A stretch of 64,000 bases of DNA from Alphaproteobacteria bacterium (GCA_965237415.1 CBDEFM010000002.1:2400001-2464000); one strand, 5' to 3'; numbered from the stretch's first letter, positions 47,259 to 61,001 are shown. A program made the numbers and translations. Notes: generated by a model from the sequence alone, not told the origin.

Positions 47259-47642
47259 GTGAGCGGGCTTAAGTACAGCAAGGACCATGAATGGGTGCTC
47301 GTCGAGGGCGATATCGCCACCGTCGGCATCTCCAACTACGCGCAGGAGCAGCTCGGCGACGTTGTCTACGTCGAGTTGCCGGAGGTCGGCAGAGCCGTCG
47401 GCCAGAGCGAGGAGGCCGCAGTGGTCGAATCGGTCAAGGCCGCGAGCGAGGTCTACGCGCCGGTCTCCGGCGAGGTCGTTGAGGTCAACCAGGCGCTGGA
47501 AGACGACCCCGCGCTGGTGAACCGCGAACCGACGGGCGAGGGCTGGTTCCTCAAGCTCCGGCTGAGCGCGCCCGGCGAGCTGGACGGGCTGATGGACGAG
47601 GGATCTTACGCCGAGTACGTCGCCGGCCTCGGCGACGGCTAG
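47259..47642 (+). CDS. gcvH: Glycine cleavage system H protein
   Basis: YSKDHEW and VESVKAASE lipoyl-lysine motif. Confidence 0.96.
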   Translation: MSGLKYSKDHEWVLVEGDIATVGISNYAQEQLGDVVYVELPEVGRAVGQSEEAAVVESVKAASEVYAPVSGEVVEVNQALEDDPALVNREPTGEGWFLKLRLSAPGELDGLMDEGSYAEYVAGLGDG

Positions 47643-47743
47643 GGGCGACGACTGAGCATGTCGCCGCAATCGGCGACAACACGGTGTTGGCGGGACGCGG
47701 CGAGCATAAGCCGGCGCCCGCCGTCGGGGAGGGAGCGATCGCG

Positions 47744-50641
<2,898 letters not shown>

Positions 50642-50678
50642 GGAGGCGGGCCGCGTCGGGCGGCGCTGACTCTCCGCC

Positions 50679-51233
50679 CTATCGATTGGCGCCGGGCACC
50701 CAGAGCGTGTCTGCCGCGCCGTCCTCGTTGAGGTGGCGGGCGAGCACGAAGAGGTGGTCGGAGAGCCGGTTGGCGTAGATCACTGCCAACGGGTTGACGG
50801 GCTCCTGCTCCGCGAGCGCCGTGATAAGCCGCTCGGCACGGCGGACCACCGTGCGCGCGAGATGTAGTGGTGCAGCGGCGCGGCCGCCGCCCGGTAGAAT
50901 GAAGGACTCGAGCGGCTTCAAGCGCTCGTTCATGGCATCGATCTCGCCTTCGAGCCGATCGATCTGCGACTGGACAATGCGCAACCCCTCGTCGAGCGAT
51001 CCGGGCCGGCAGAGGTCGGCGCCGAGGTCGAACAGATCGTTCTGGATGCGCTCCAGCATCGCGTCCGCTTCGCCCTCGGTCTCCAGGCGCGCGAGGCCGA
51101 TGGCCGCGTTCGCCTCGTCGACCGTGCCGTAGGCTTCGACGCGGGCGTCGTGCTTCTTCACCCGCGCGCCGCCGCCGAGCGAGGTCTCCCCCGCATCGCC
51201 GCCGCGGGTGTAGATCTTCGTGAGTCGGACCAT
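50679..51233 (-). CDS. PduO-type cob(I)alamin adenosyltransferase
   Basis: KIYTRGGDAGET, AYGTVDE, RRAER, NRLSDHLF. Confidence 0.93.
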   Translation of the reverse strand: MVRLTKIYTRGGDAGETSLGGGARVKKHDARVEAYGTVDEANAAIGLARLETEGEADAMLERIQNDLFDLGADLCRPGSLDEGLRIVQSQIDRLEGEIDAMNERLKPLESFILPGGGRAAAPLHLARTVVRRAERLITALAEQEPVNPLAVIYANRLSDHLFVLARHLNEDGAADTLWVPGANR

Positions 51234-51238
51234 CCGCG

Positions 51239-51433
51239 CTACTTCTGGACGACAAACACCAGAAGAGCGAGCAGTGCGATCGCCGCAAACTGGAGCCCGA
51301 CCCGCCAGCGCATGAAGACGTTGCTCTTGCTATTCTTGCCGCCGCCGTACATCGCGCCGAGCCCGAGCACGAGCGCGACCACGACCGCGCCCATCAGGAC
51401 GTAGACGGCGATTTCGAGAATCTCGGCCAGCAT
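51239..51433 (-). CDS. HIG1-like twin transmembrane small protein
   Basis: SNVFMRWRVGLQ; usual neighbour of the PduO-type gene. Confidence 0.85.
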   Translation of the reverse strand: MLAEILEIAVYVLMGAVVVALVLGLGAMYGGGKNSKSNVFMRWRVGLQFAAIALLALLVFVVQK

Positions 51434-51630
51434 GGCTGTCCTCGCGGCCTGGCCAGCGGCGCGTTCGGGAGCGGCCTTCCGCCGCGGTTATAGCGCGTCC
51501 CACCTGCGCTGCCCACGTCAATCGGCCACGCTCCGAACACCGTCGCGCTTGTTCCGCCTATCCCCGAGTGCAATCTTGAGATCGGTAAGAAAGAAGCGTG
51601 CCCCATATGGAGTTTTTGCGAGGTGATTCC

Positions 51631-52626
51631 ATGAAGTTGGCACGAGAGGCGCGAACCGAGGCGGTTCGAACCGGCGAATTCAAGTACCTGGCGACGTCGG
51701 TCGCGAGCTCGCTCTACCGCAACGGCAAGGTGTTCACCCGCCGTGACAGCAGCGGCAACGACATCCCCTGGGTGGGCGCCGGCATGGAAAAGCGGCAGAT
51801 GCCGGTTCATGACGCGCGCGACCTGGTTAGGGCGCAACGCCGCACGCTCGACGCGAGTGGCTTCGAATTGCTCGAGCAATCCAGCGCGCCTCCGGATATC
51901 GACTTTCTGCATCACGACCAGGTCGTGCGTGCCTACTATCCGCAGTGCTGCGACATTATCCGGGAGGCGACGGGCGCACGCCTCGTCGCGGCCTTCGACC
52001 ACAACATCCGGTCGGTCTCCGGCAATCAGAGCAGGCGCCGTATCGAGGGCGGGCAACAGGTGCAGCCCCCGGCCCGCGTGGTTCACGGCGATTACACGTT
52101 GACCAGCGCGCCGCAGCGATTGCGCGACCTGGCCCAGCCGCCCACCGGCAACGACACCTACCGAACCCTGCTATCCGATGGCGACACGCTCCTCGACAGG
52201 GCACATGTTGCGCGCGCCCTCGAGGCAGGACGGTTCGCGATCATCAATCTATGGCGCAATATCGCGGAGGAGCCGGTGGCCCGCCATCCGCTTGCGCTCT
52301 GCGACGCGTCCAGCGTGTATCCCGACGATCTGGTGGTCTTCGAGATCCATTACGCCGACCGCATCGGCGAGAACTACTTTGCCAAACACTCGGACGACCA
52401 TCGCTGGTACTTCTATTCCGCCATGACCCGCGAGGAATCCCTGCTGATCAAGCAGTGGGATTCGGCCGGCGGGCTGGCGCGCTCCGAGGGCGCGAATGCG
52501 GACGCCATGAGCCCGGATGCGCCCTGCACCTTCAGTTTCCACAGCGCCTTCGAGGACCCGACGACGGCACCGGATGCACCCGACCGCTGGAGTATCGAAG
52601 TGCGCTGCGTCGTGCTCTACGACTAG
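51631..52626 (+). CDS. CmcJ/NvfI (AsaB-like) family oxidoreductase
   Basis: FDHNIR, VHGDYT, INLWR, PLALCD, HSAF, SIEVR. Confidence 0.8.
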   Translation: MKLAREARTEAVRTGEFKYLATSVASSLYRNGKVFTRRDSSGNDIPWVGAGMEKRQMPVHDARDLVRAQRRTLDASGFELLEQSSAPPDIDFLHHDQVVRAYYPQCCDIIREATGARLVAAFDHNIRSVSGNQSRRRIEGGQQVQPPARVVHGDYTLTSAPQRLRDLAQPPTGNDTYRTLLSDGDTLLDRAHVARALEAGRFAIINLWRNIAEEPVARHPLALCDASSVYPDDLVVFEIHYADRIGENYFAKHSDDHRWYFYSAMTREESLLIKQWDSAGGLARSEGANADAMSPDAPCTFSFHSAFEDPTTAPDAPDRWSIEVRCVVLYD

Positions 52627-52661
52627 CCCGGCACTCGCGCCACGATCATGGGAGGAGCGGC

Positions 52662-53321
52662 TTGAGCGCCTTGACGGGTCCGGAACGGCCGCCGGCATCG
52701 GGAGGGCCTGCCCGCAAGCTCGTCCTCCTTCTGCATGGGCTTGGCGCCGACGGCAACGACCTGATCGGCCTCGCCGAGCCCTGGGGGCGGCTCGTGCCCC
52801 ACGCCTGTTTCGCCGCGCCGGACGCGCCCGAGCCCTGCGACATGGCGCCGATGGGGCGGCAGTGGTTCAGCCTCAGCGACCGTTCGCCCGCAAGCATGGC
52901 CGAAGGCGTCGCCCGCGCCGCAGAGGCGCTCAACGCCGATATCGATGCAAGGCTGGAGAGGCTCGGGCTCGGTGAGGGCGACCTCGCGCTGGTGGGTTTC
53001 AGCCAGGGCACGATGATGTCGCTCCACGTCGCCTATCGCCGCGCCGCGCCCTGCGCCGGCGTACTGGGCTTCTCGGGCCGGCTCGTGGACACCGAACGCC
53101 TCGGAAGCGAGCTTCGCGCGCGCCCGCCGGCGCTGCTGATCCATGGCGACGCGGACGATCTCGTGCCGGTCGGCGCGCTCTTCGAGGCGGCGACCATGCT
53201 CGGCGCCTGCGAAGTCCCGGTGCAATGGCATGTGAGCCGTGGCATTGGCCACGGCATCGCGCCGGACGGGCTGGAGATCGGCGGCCTCTTCCTCCGCGAC
53301 GTGCTGGCACCCGGAGGCTGA
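52662..53321 (+). CDS. Phospholipase/carboxylesterase
   Basis: LLHGLGADG, GFSQG, HGDADD, GHGI; GGAGG RBS before TTG. Confidence 0.9.
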   Translation: MSALTGPERPPASGGPARKLVLLLHGLGADGNDLIGLAEPWGRLVPHACFAAPDAPEPCDMAPMGRQWFSLSDRSPASMAEGVARAAEALNADIDARLERLGLGEGDLALVGFSQGTMMSLHVAYRRAAPCAGVLGFSGRLVDTERLGSELRARPPALLIHGDADDLVPVGALFEAATMLGACEVPVQWHVSRGIGHGIAPDGLEIGGLFLRDVLAPGG

Positions 53322-53355
53322 GCGTGCCGGTTGCGGTGAGATCGACGCCCGTGTG

Positions 53356-54597
53356 TCAGTCGATGCCGGTGTCGCTCTCGCGGAGGGCCTGCAAAGCCGC
53401 GTCGTCGAGATCGAGCCAGTCGCGCAGCACGGTATCGGCGTCCTCGCCCAGCATCGGGGCTGCGCGCGGATAGTCGACCGGCGTCTCCGAAAACTTGATC
53501 GGGTTCGCGGGATAGTCCACCTCGACGCCGAGGCTGTGCGGGATGCTCACCTTCATGCCCCGCGCCTGAACCTGCGGGTTGGCGAAGACTCTATCGAGGG
53601 TGTTGATCGGCCCGCAGGGGACGCCCACCGGCTCCAGCAGGGCGCTCCACTCGTCCATCGTCCGCTGCCGCGTGATGTCGTTCAATGTGGCGATCAGCTC
53701 CACGCGGTTGCGCAGGCGGCCGATGTTGGTCGCGAAGCGCGGGTCTTCGGCAATCTCCGGGCGGCCGGCCACCGCGCAGAATTTGCGGAGCTGGCTGTTG
53801 TTGCCGATGGCAAGCGCGAAGTGACCGTCGCGGGTGGGGAAGACGCCGTAGGGCACGATGTTCTGGTGCTCGTTGCCGGCGCGGGACGGCGCCTCGCCCC
53901 CGATCAGATAGTTCATGGCCTGGTTCGCGAGCCACGCCACCTGCGTGTCCAAGAGCGCGAGGTCGATGTGCTGGCCGCGCCCGGTCCGTTCGCGGCTCGC
54001 GAGCGCGGCGAGGATTGCGGTCGACGCATACATGCCCGTCATCAGGTCGGCGGCGGCGACACCCACTTTTTGCGGCCCGCCGCCGGGCAGGTCGTCCCGC
54101 TCGCCGGTGATGCTCATGATGCCGCCCATGGCCTGCGCAATCAGATCGTAGCCGGTGCGGCGCGCGTAGGGCCCCGACTGGCCGAAGCCGGTGATCGAAC
54201 AGTAGATGAGGCGCGGGTTGAGCGCCGCAAGGGCGGGGTAGTCGAGGCCGTACTTGGCGAGGCCGCCCACTTTGTAGTTCTCGATGAGGATATCGGCGCG
54301 TGCGGCGAGCCGCTTGACCACCGCCTGCCCTTCGGGCGTGGCGATGTTGAGGGTGATCGAGCGCTTTCCCCGGTTGGCCGACATGTAATAGGCGGCATCG
54401 CTGGTCTCGGCCCCGCTCGCGTCGCGGAGGAAGGGCGGACCCCAGGCTCGCGTGTCATCGCCCGTACCCGGCCGCTCGACCTTGACGACGTCGGCACCGA
54501 AATCGGCCAGCAGCTGGCCCGCCCAGGGGCCTGCGAGGATGCGGCTGAGGTCGAGCACTTTGAGGCCGACCAGCGGGCCGGTTCTGGGCTGATTCAT
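53356..54597 (-). CDS. CaiB/BaiF class III CoA transferase
   Basis: DLSRILAGP, GADVVKVE, NRGKRS, SITGFGQSGP. Confidence 0.93.
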   Translation of the reverse strand: MNQPRTGPLVGLKVLDLSRILAGPWAGQLLADFGADVVKVERPGTGDDTRAWGPPFLRDASGAETSDAAYYMSANRGKRSITLNIATPEGQAVVKRLAARADILIENYKVGGLAKYGLDYPALAALNPRLIYCSITGFGQSGPYARRTGYDLIAQAMGGIMSITGERDDLPGGGPQKVGVAAADLMTGMYASTAILAALASRERTGRGQHIDLALLDTQVAWLANQAMNYLIGGEAPSRAGNEHQNIVPYGVFPTRDGHFALAIGNNSQLRKFCAVAGRPEIAEDPRFATNIGRLRNRVELIATLNDITRQRTMDEWSALLEPVGVPCGPINTLDRVFANPQVQARGMKVSIPHSLGVEVDYPANPIKFSETPVDYPRAAPMLGEDADTVLRDWLDLDDAALQALRESDTGID

Positions 54598-54606
54598 GGG
54601 TAATGC

Positions 54607-55182
54607 CTAGGTGTGGTCCGCTGTGGGGTCCGCGTCGCCGGGGACAATGCCCAGCGCGCGGAGGTTCTCTTGCGTGGTGTGATCGAAGGCGATACCGCAA
54701 TCCGCCGCCGCGTGGACGGCGCGGCGCACGATCAGCTCGAACCCTTCGATCTGCGAATCGATTCTGAGATTCCGTCGCCCGGCCTTGAGGGTGAGCTGCA
54801 TCCACCCGCGCTCCCGGTTCCGCCTGGTGGCGTAATAGCCGAGCGTGCAGCGGGTCAGCCGGTCCCAGGGCAGGTGCCGGCGCATGAGGCCCTCCACGAC
54901 AAGCCCCTCTTCATTCACCCTCAGGCACGTCCGATGCCGGAGCGCGGTGCGGGCGCCGTAGGCGGCGAAGAGCGCGGCGAGCCCGCCAAGCACCCAGGCG
55001 GCTGGTCCGGAGGGCGCCGTGCCCGCGAGGGGCCCAAGTGTGAAGAGCAGACCGAGTCCGGCGTAGAGGTAGTCCAACAGCACGGCGCGCGCGGGATAGC
55101 GGTGGCGGCTCTCCCCCGCCTCGGCTGCCCGCATCTCCTCGAGGGCGGACTCAGGGGCGGTCTCCGGGACGGGCGCGCTCAC
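54607..55182 (-). CDS. Hypothetical membrane protein (two TMs plus soluble domain)
   Basis: GTGA overlap with the CoA ligase stop; two hydrophobic helices. Confidence 0.7.
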   Translation of the reverse strand: MSAPVPETAPESALEEMRAAEAGESRHRYPARAVLLDYLYAGLGLLFTLGPLAGTAPSGPAAWVLGGLAALFAAYGARTALRHRTCLRVNEEGLVVEGLMRRHLPWDRLTRCTLGYYATRRNRERGWMQLTLKAGRRNLRIDSQIEGFELIVRRAVHAAADCGIAFDHTTQENLRALGIVPGDADPTADHT

Positions 55183-56819
55183 CCTGCGCGCCCCAACCGC
55201 TCGCGCCTGATGCGAACGCCGGCGGCCTCGCGGTCCCAGCTGTCCGGCGTGACGCCCTCTGCCCGCAATCTGTGCTTCTCGATCTTCTCGGTCGGCGTCT
55301 TCGGCAGGGCATCCACGATGCGCACGTAGCGCGGGATCATGAAGTGGGCGAGGCGCGGCTCGAGGAACGCCAGCAGCGCCGCCGGATCGAGTTCCTGCCC
55401 CGGCAGCAGCGCGACCACCGCCATGACCTCGTCCTCGCCCAGCTCGCTCGGCACCGGGATCACGGCGGCCTCGCGCACCGCCGGATGGGCTGCGACCTCG
55501 GTCTCGACCTCCAGCGAAGAGATGTTCTCGCCGCGGCGGCGGATCGTGTCCTTCAGGCGATCGACGAAGTAGAGATTGCCGTCCTCGTCCATGCGGCCGG
55601 CATCGCCGGTGTGGAACCACCCGTTGCGCCAGGCCCGCGCCGTGGCCTCCGGTTCCTTGTAGTAGCCGTGGTTGATGGCCCATGGCGTGTCGGCGCGCAC
55701 CACGATCTCGCCCACGGCGCCCGTCGGCACCTCGCAGTCGTTGACGTCGACCACGCGGAGCTCGCAACCGGGCCGTACCCGGCCGGCGCTCCCTGGCACG
55801 GTCATGGGCACGGTGGTCATCACCGGGCAGCAGAGCTCGGTCATGTTGTAGATCGAATAGACCTCGACGCCGAAGCGCTCCATGAACGCGTCCACGTCGT
55901 TCACAAGCGGCACCATGCCGACCGTGCGCAAGGGGTGGTCGCGGTCGTCCGGCGTGGGCGGTTCCTTCTCCAGGAACGACGCCATGACGCCGAGCATGAA
56001 CACCGACGTCACCCCGGTGCGCCGCACCGTCTCCCAGAACAACTGTGTCTTGAAATACTCGACCAGCGTGATCGACGCGTGCTGGCAAAGCATTCCGTAG
56101 GCGATGGTCGCGCCGCCGAGATGGAAGAGCGGCAGGCTGATGAGGTAGCGGTCCTCCGGCGTGATGAAGCGCCACGTATCGGGTCCGAAGTTCGAGAAGG
56201 CGTGGCAATAGGAGCTGAGCACCGCCTTGGACGGCCCCGTGGTGCCGGAGGTGAAGATGATCGATTGGGTGTCCCACGGCTCGATCGGTCGCTCGAGCGG
56301 GTCCAGCGTCCCGCCTTCGGGGTGAAGCGCGGCCTCACCCAAGGCTGCGAGACCCTCGATGGCAGGCGGCGGGCCGCCGACGGCTACCAGGGTCTCCAGA
56401 TCGACGCGGCCGACTGTGGCAAGCCTGGGCGCGAGCTCCGCATGGGCGACGATGATGCGGGCGTCGGAGCGCGCCACGACATGCTCCAACAGCCGGCCCT
56501 TGTAGGCCGTGTTGATGGGCACGTAGACGGCACCCATGTAGTTGGAGCCCAGGAAGATTCGAAGCGCGTCTGCGCCGTTGGGCAGCCATGAGAGCACGTG
56601 GTCGCCCTGGCGCAAGCCGAGCGCCTGCAGGCCGATGGCGGTCTGGATCACCTCGGCGCGGGTGCGCGCGTAACTCCACGCCGTGCCGTCCTCGAAGACA
56701 CAAAAGATCTTGCCCGGCGTCGCCGCAGCGAGCCGGTCGAGCAGGTAGCGCAGCACGCACCTGTCCGCTGCCGGGACCCGCGGATCGCTGTGAGACGCCG
56801 CCCTATGTTCCACGACCAT
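55179..56819 (-). CDS. AMP-binding acyl-CoA ligase (CaiC-like)
   Basis: FTSGTTGPSK, YNMTE, WFHTGD, IRRRGENIS, LPKTPTEK. Confidence 0.92.
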   Translation of the reverse strand: MVVEHRAASHSDPRVPAADRCVLRYLLDRLAAATPGKIFCVFEDGTAWSYARTRAEVIQTAIGLQALGLRQGDHVLSWLPNGADALRIFLGSNYMGAVYVPINTAYKGRLLEHVVARSDARIIVAHAELAPRLATVGRVDLETLVAVGGPPPAIEGLAALGEAALHPEGGTLDPLERPIEPWDTQSIIFTSGTTGPSKAVLSSYCHAFSNFGPDTWRFITPEDRYLISLPLFHLGGATIAYGMLCQHASITLVEYFKTQLFWETVRRTGVTSVFMLGVMASFLEKEPPTPDDRDHPLRTVGMVPLVNDVDAFMERFGVEVYSIYNMTELCCPVMTTVPMTVPGSAGRVRPGCELRVVDVNDCEVPTGAVGEIVVRADTPWAINHGYYKEPEATARAWRNGWFHTGDAGRMDEDGNLYFVDRLKDTIRRRGENISSLEVETEVAAHPAVREAAVIPVPSELGEDEVMAVVALLPGQELDPAALLAFLEPRLAHFMIPRYVRIVDALPKTPTEKIEKHRLRAEGVTPDSWDREAAGVRIRRERLGRAG

Positions 56820-56902
56820 TGCTCGCTCGTTGCCTGCTATCTCAGACGGCCCCCTTGTAGCCCGGAGCCGGTCCACGATTAACCCGGATTCCTCATCGCC
56901 GT

Positions 56903-58045
56903 TCAGGCGTCGGTGAGCGCGGCGTCGAGGGCGTGCTGGAGGGTGGCGGCGGCAGTTTCCAAGCCGTGGTGGTCGCGCACCCGTGCCGCCGCGGCCGCGC
57001 TCATTGCGCGACGCTTCTCGGCATTCGTCGAGAGCTCGACCGCCGCGCCCGCGAAGGCCACATCGTCGTTGCGCGGCGTGAGCAGCCCGGTCTCGCGATC
57101 GGCGACGACGGCGGCAGCGCCGGGCCAGTCCTGGGCTACCACCGGGAGACCGGCGGCCTCTGCCGCCAGAACCGCCATGCTGAGGGCTTCCCGATATGCC
57201 GGCCAGACATAGACGTCGCAGGCCGCGTAGACCTCCGGCAGCGCTTCGTCTGGCCAGGCACCGGCGAAGACCGCGCGGCCCGGCCCGAGCGGCTCCAGCG
57301 CCTCCTCCACCAGCGTGCGGGCCTCGCCCTCGCCGACCGCGAGGAGCTGCCAGGGCGGGTCGGCGATGAGGCCGAGCGAGCGGCCCAGCAGACGCCAGGA
57401 AGCGAGCGCGTCGCCGGGGCGCATGGGTGCGACTGCCAGCAGCCAGGGGCAGGCGGGGTCGAGCGGCAGCGTCGTCGCGAGTGCACGCCGGGCGGCATCG
57501 CGCTCGGCTGCCCGGTAAGGCGCAGGGTCGAGGAAGGGCGCGAGCCTGTAGAGCCGTGCAACGCTCGCGACCAGGGGCCTGATGCTCTCCTCGTCCTCGG
57601 CCGTGAGCGAGAGCACCGCTCGCGCCCGTGCGATGGCGCGGGCCGTGTACGAGAGCCCGCGCCCATGAGCGCCGCCGGCCTCCGCCCGCGCGCAGGATGC
57701 GCCCACCAGCAGGTAGGGAATGGCAAGAGTCTCGGCCACGACGGGGCCGATCAGGTCCGGCGCCGCGTGATGGAGGTGGCAGGTAAGCCACGCGTCGGGC
57801 CGCGCGACGGTCGGCAGATCGCGGTACGTGGCGACGAGGCGGGTCACGTGCTTGGCGGCCTTTCGCTCCAGCGCCGCCTGCCTGCGGCCCTCTTCGTGGC
57901 CCTCGTCACTGCGAAACTCGGAGGGCGCAAACGCTTGATGACCGACAAGATCGAGTGCCCGCGCGAGCAGGTGCACCAGAGCCGGTCCGCCCCATGCCGT
58001 GGTCGAATGGGGATGATCCGTCGGTGTGTAGAGCGCGATCCGCAT
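56903..58045 (-). CDS. Glycosyltransferase family 4
   Basis: DVYVWPA..EA.SMA.L.A.A.GLPVV GT-B motif. Confidence 0.85.
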   Translation of the reverse strand: MRIALYTPTDHPHSTTAWGGPALVHLLARALDLVGHQAFAPSEFRSDEGHEEGRRQAALERKAAKHVTRLVATYRDLPTVARPDAWLTCHLHHAAPDLIGPVVAETLAIPYLLVGASCARAEAGGAHGRGLSYTARAIARARAVLSLTAEDEESIRPLVASVARLYRLAPFLDPAPYRAAERDAARRALATTLPLDPACPWLLAVAPMRPGDALASWRLLGRSLGLIADPPWQLLAVGEGEARTLVEEALEPLGPGRAVFAGAWPDEALPEVYAACDVYVWPAYREALSMAVLAAEAAGLPVVAQDWPGAAAVVADRETGLLTPRNDDVAFAGAAVELSTNAEKRRAMSAAAAARVRDHHGLETAAATLQHALDAALTDA

Positions 58046-58157
58046 GTCACGGTGCAGCACGAGTTCTGCGGCACGGCGCAGCGGTGGACGTATTGGCGTT
58101 TGCGCCGGGCTCCCTCCATCGGCGATCATCCGGCGCCAGCAACAGGGAGGAACCCCG

Positions 58158-58865
58158 GTGACCGAGACACCCCTCAACGAGGCCGAGTTGGCTGCATTGC
58201 GCGCCTATGACACGCCCACGATCTGCAACGCGCTCGAAATCGTCTGCCCCGAGCGCCGCGCCCTCGGCTTCACGACCGAGACGCTGATCTGCTCCTTCCC
58301 GGCGCTTGAGCCGATGGTGGGCTATGCGCGGACCGCCACGATCCGCGCGATGGAGAAGCCTACGAAGGATGGCGATGCGATGACCGCCGACCGTGTGGCC
58401 TACTACCGCTATGTGGAGGAAGGCCACCAACCCTCGATCATGGTCATCCAGGACATCGACTCCCGGCCCGGCGCAGCCGCCTGGTGGGGCGAGGTGCATT
58501 CCGCCGTGCACCAGGCCTTGGGCTGCCTCGGCGTCGTGACCAACGGCGCCGTGCGCGATCTCGACATGATCGCGGACGGCTTCCAGTTCCTCTCCGGCAC
58601 GGTGGTGCCCTCCCATGCCTGGGTCCATCTGGTCAGCCACGGCGAGACGGTGGACATCTGCGGCATGGTGACGCTCACGGGCGACCTCGTGCACGCCGAT
58701 CGCCACGGCGCGGTGATCATCCCCCACGAGGCGGCGCGCGATGTTCCGGCGGCGGCCGAGCTCTGCATGCGCCGGGAGGCGCCGATCCTCGCGGCGTGCA
58801 AGGAACCCGGCTTCTCGGCGGCGGTGATGGAGCGGGTCTTGCGCGAGGCGAAGGAGATTCACTAG
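58158..58865 (+). CDS. RraA / HMG aldolase family protein
   Basis: DTPTICNA, WGEV, VTNGAVRD, GDLVHADRHG. Confidence 0.87.
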   Translation: MTETPLNEAELAALRAYDTPTICNALEIVCPERRALGFTTETLICSFPALEPMVGYARTATIRAMEKPTKDGDAMTADRVAYYRYVEEGHQPSIMVIQDIDSRPGAAAWWGEVHSAVHQALGCLGVVTNGAVRDLDMIADGFQFLSGTVVPSHAWVHLVSHGETVDICGMVTLTGDLVHADRHGAVIIPHEAARDVPAAAELCMRREAPILAACKEPGFSAAVMERVLREAKEIH

Positions 58866-59635
58866 CTCGGAGCAGCCGTCCGGGAGGCAGCCCGCGCCCG
58901 CGTCGCCTCGCCGAAGGCACCGAAGATCGCCATCGAGAACGGGTCGTCCGTGACCTTCCATTCGGGGTGCCATTGAACGCCGAGCGCGAATGAGGAGGCG
59001 TCGCTGACCCGCACGGCCTCGATCTGACCGTCAGGCGCGGTCGCCTCGACCACGAGCGGCGGGGCGAGGCGATCGATCCCTTGCGCGTGCAGCGAGTTGA
59101 CCGCGACCTCCGGCGCGGGCCAGAGCGAGGCCAGCAGGCCGCCGGCGGCAAGGGTCACGTCGTGGGCCGGCCCGTACTGCACGTCGCGGGGCTGGCCGTC
59201 GTCCGAGCGATGATCGATCCGCCCCGGCACGCGGTGAACAGCTTGGTGGAGACTGCCGCCGAGCGCGACGTTGAGCTCCTGCACGCCGCGGCAGATACAG
59301 AAGATGGGAATGCCCCGCTCGATCGCATTGCGGATCAGCGGCAGGGTCGTCGCGTCCCGCTCGGGATCGTGGAGCGTGCCATCGGCGCTCGGCGGCCCGT
59401 CGTAGCGGGCGGGTTCCACGTTCGACGGGCTGCCGGTGAAGAGCAGGCCGTCGAAACGGTCGAGGACGGTATCGACGTCCAGCGCCGCGCCGAACGCGGG
59501 CACCGTCAAGGGCAGGCCGCCGGCAGCCTCGGCAACCGCCCGCATGTACTTGTCGCCGACGACATGGAACGGGTGGATGCCGATCTCCCGCGCGCACGCG
59601 GGTATGCCGATCAGCGGAACCGGCGGTACGGTCAT
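58862..59635 (-). CDS. puuD: Gamma-glutamyl-GABA hydrolase family (peptidase C26)
   Basis: TGSPSNV, ICRGVQE, VNSLHAQG, GVQWHPE. Confidence 0.85.
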   Translation of the reverse strand: MTVPPVPLIGIPACAREIGIHPFHVVGDKYMRAVAEAAGGLPLTVPAFGAALDVDTVLDRFDGLLFTGSPSNVEPARYDGPPSADGTLHDPERDATTLPLIRNAIERGIPIFCICRGVQELNVALGGSLHQAVHRVPGRIDHRSDDGQPRDVQYGPAHDVTLAAGGLLASLWPAPEVAVNSLHAQGIDRLAPPLVVEATAPDGQIEAVRVSDASSFALGVQWHPEWKVTDDPFSMAIFGAFGEATRARAASRTAAPS

Positions 59636-59648
59636 GGCGGCTCAGCTA

Positions 59649-61001
59649 TCACGGGGCGTGGCCCGAGGGCAAGAAGCCGCCCCGTCGCTGGATGCGCACA
59701 TAGATCGCACCGAGACCGATGCCGCGCACCGCGTAGAGCAGCGTCATCGCGAGCCACAACCCGTGATTGCCCATCGGCTCGCGCAGAAGCCAGGCGCAGG
59801 GCACAAAGACGAAGAAGGCCAGCATCATCGTGTTTCGCATGTCGGCGGTGCGCGTGGTGCCGGTGAACACGCCGTCGAAGAAGATGCCCCAGACAGCCAC
59901 CAGCGGAAGCACAATCAGCCAGGGAAGGAAGTCGTAGGCGACGGCGCGCACATCCTCGATATCGGTGAGCACGCGGACAATCGGCGCGCCGGCCGCACCG
60001 TAGATGGCGACGGTGAGGAGGGCGAGCAGAAGGCACCAGAGGAGGCAGGCCCGGATGGCGCGGGCGAGATCCCCACGCCGCCCGGCACCGAGCGCGCGGC
60101 CGGTGAGCGCCTCGGCCGCGAAGGCGAAGCCATCGAACGCAAAATTAAAGAAGATGACGAAGTTGAGCAGCACCGCGTTCGCAGCCAGCACCACGTCGCC
60201 CTGGCGCGCGCTGAGCGTGGTGAAGAGCGCGAACGCCGTGATCACGAAGAGGGTGCGCAGGAAGATATCGCGGTTGGTGCCGAGGAAGCGCCGCATGGCG
60301 GCGGCATCGAGGACGAGGCGCGCGCGCCAGTGGCCGCCATGGCGGCGGGCGAGGCGGGCGGTGACGGCGACACCGAGGATCAGCCCGGCATAGTCGGCGG
60401 CCACCGTGGCCCAGGCGACGCCGGCGACAGCGAGGTCGAAGCCCAGCACCAGCACCAGGTCGAGCACGATGTTGATCCCGTTCACCGTCAACAGCAGCGC
60501 GAGCGCGGCGCGGGTGTTCTGCATCCCGATGAACCAGCCGACGAGCGCGATGTTGGCGAGTGTCGCAGGCGCACCCCAGATGCGGATGAAGAAGTAACGC
60601 ATGCCTTCGCCGGCGACCGCCTCGCTCGGCTCGACCAGATAGAAGGCGAGCCAGCCGATCGGCCCTTGCAACGCGAGCAGCGCCGCCGCGAGCACGAGGG
60701 CAATCAGGAACGCGCGGGCAAGCGTGGCGCGGGCGGCGTCGAAGTCGCGGGCACCGAAAGCCTGGGCGGTGAGCCCCGTGGTGCCCATGCGCAGGAAATT
60801 GCAGCCGAAATAGAGTGTGTTGAAGATCAGCGCGCCGACCGCGACCGCGCCGAGAAAATGCGGCTCGGGCAGATGGCCGATCACCGCCGTATCCACCGCG
60901 CCGAGCAGCGGAACCGACAGGTTGGAGACGACCATCGGCCAGGCCAGGCGCCAGACCCGCCGATGCCAGGCCCACTCACGCATCAACGGAGACCGCCGCA
61001 T
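59649..61001 (-). CDS. MATE family efflux transporter (DinF-like)
   Basis: PLLGAVDTAVIG, FLRMGTTG, RDIFLRT, LAANAVL, DGVFTG. Confidence 0.9.
   Translation of the reverse strand: MRRSPLMREWAWHRRVWRLAWPMVVSNLSVPLLGAVDTAVIGHLPEPHFLGAVAVGALIFNTLYFGCNFLRMGTTGLTAQAFGARDFDAARATLARAFLIALVLAAALLALQGPIGWLAFYLVEPSEAVAGEGMRYFFIRIWGAPATLANIALVGWFIGMQNTRAALALLLTVNGINIVLDLVLVLGFDLAVAGVAWATVAADYAGLILGVAVTARLARRHGGHWRARLVLDAAAMRRFLGTNRDIFLRTLFVITAFALFTTLSARQGDVVLAANAVLLNFVIFFNFAFDGFAFAAEALTGRALGAGRRGDLARAIRACLLWCLLLALLTVAIYGAAGAPIVRVLTDIEDVRAVAYDFLPWLIVLPLVAVWGIFFDGVFTGTTRTADMRNTMMLAFFVFVPCAWLLREPMGNHGLWLAMTLLYAVRGIGLGAIYVRIQRRGGFLPSGHAP

Noticed and set aside
55179-57791. 870-aa extended CoA ligase ORF (also the extensions 51945..53321, 54607..56277, 46896..47642)
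   Set aside because: N-terminal extensions overlap real neighbouring genes off-frame; shorter starts with RBS or stop-start coupling fit the family lengths.
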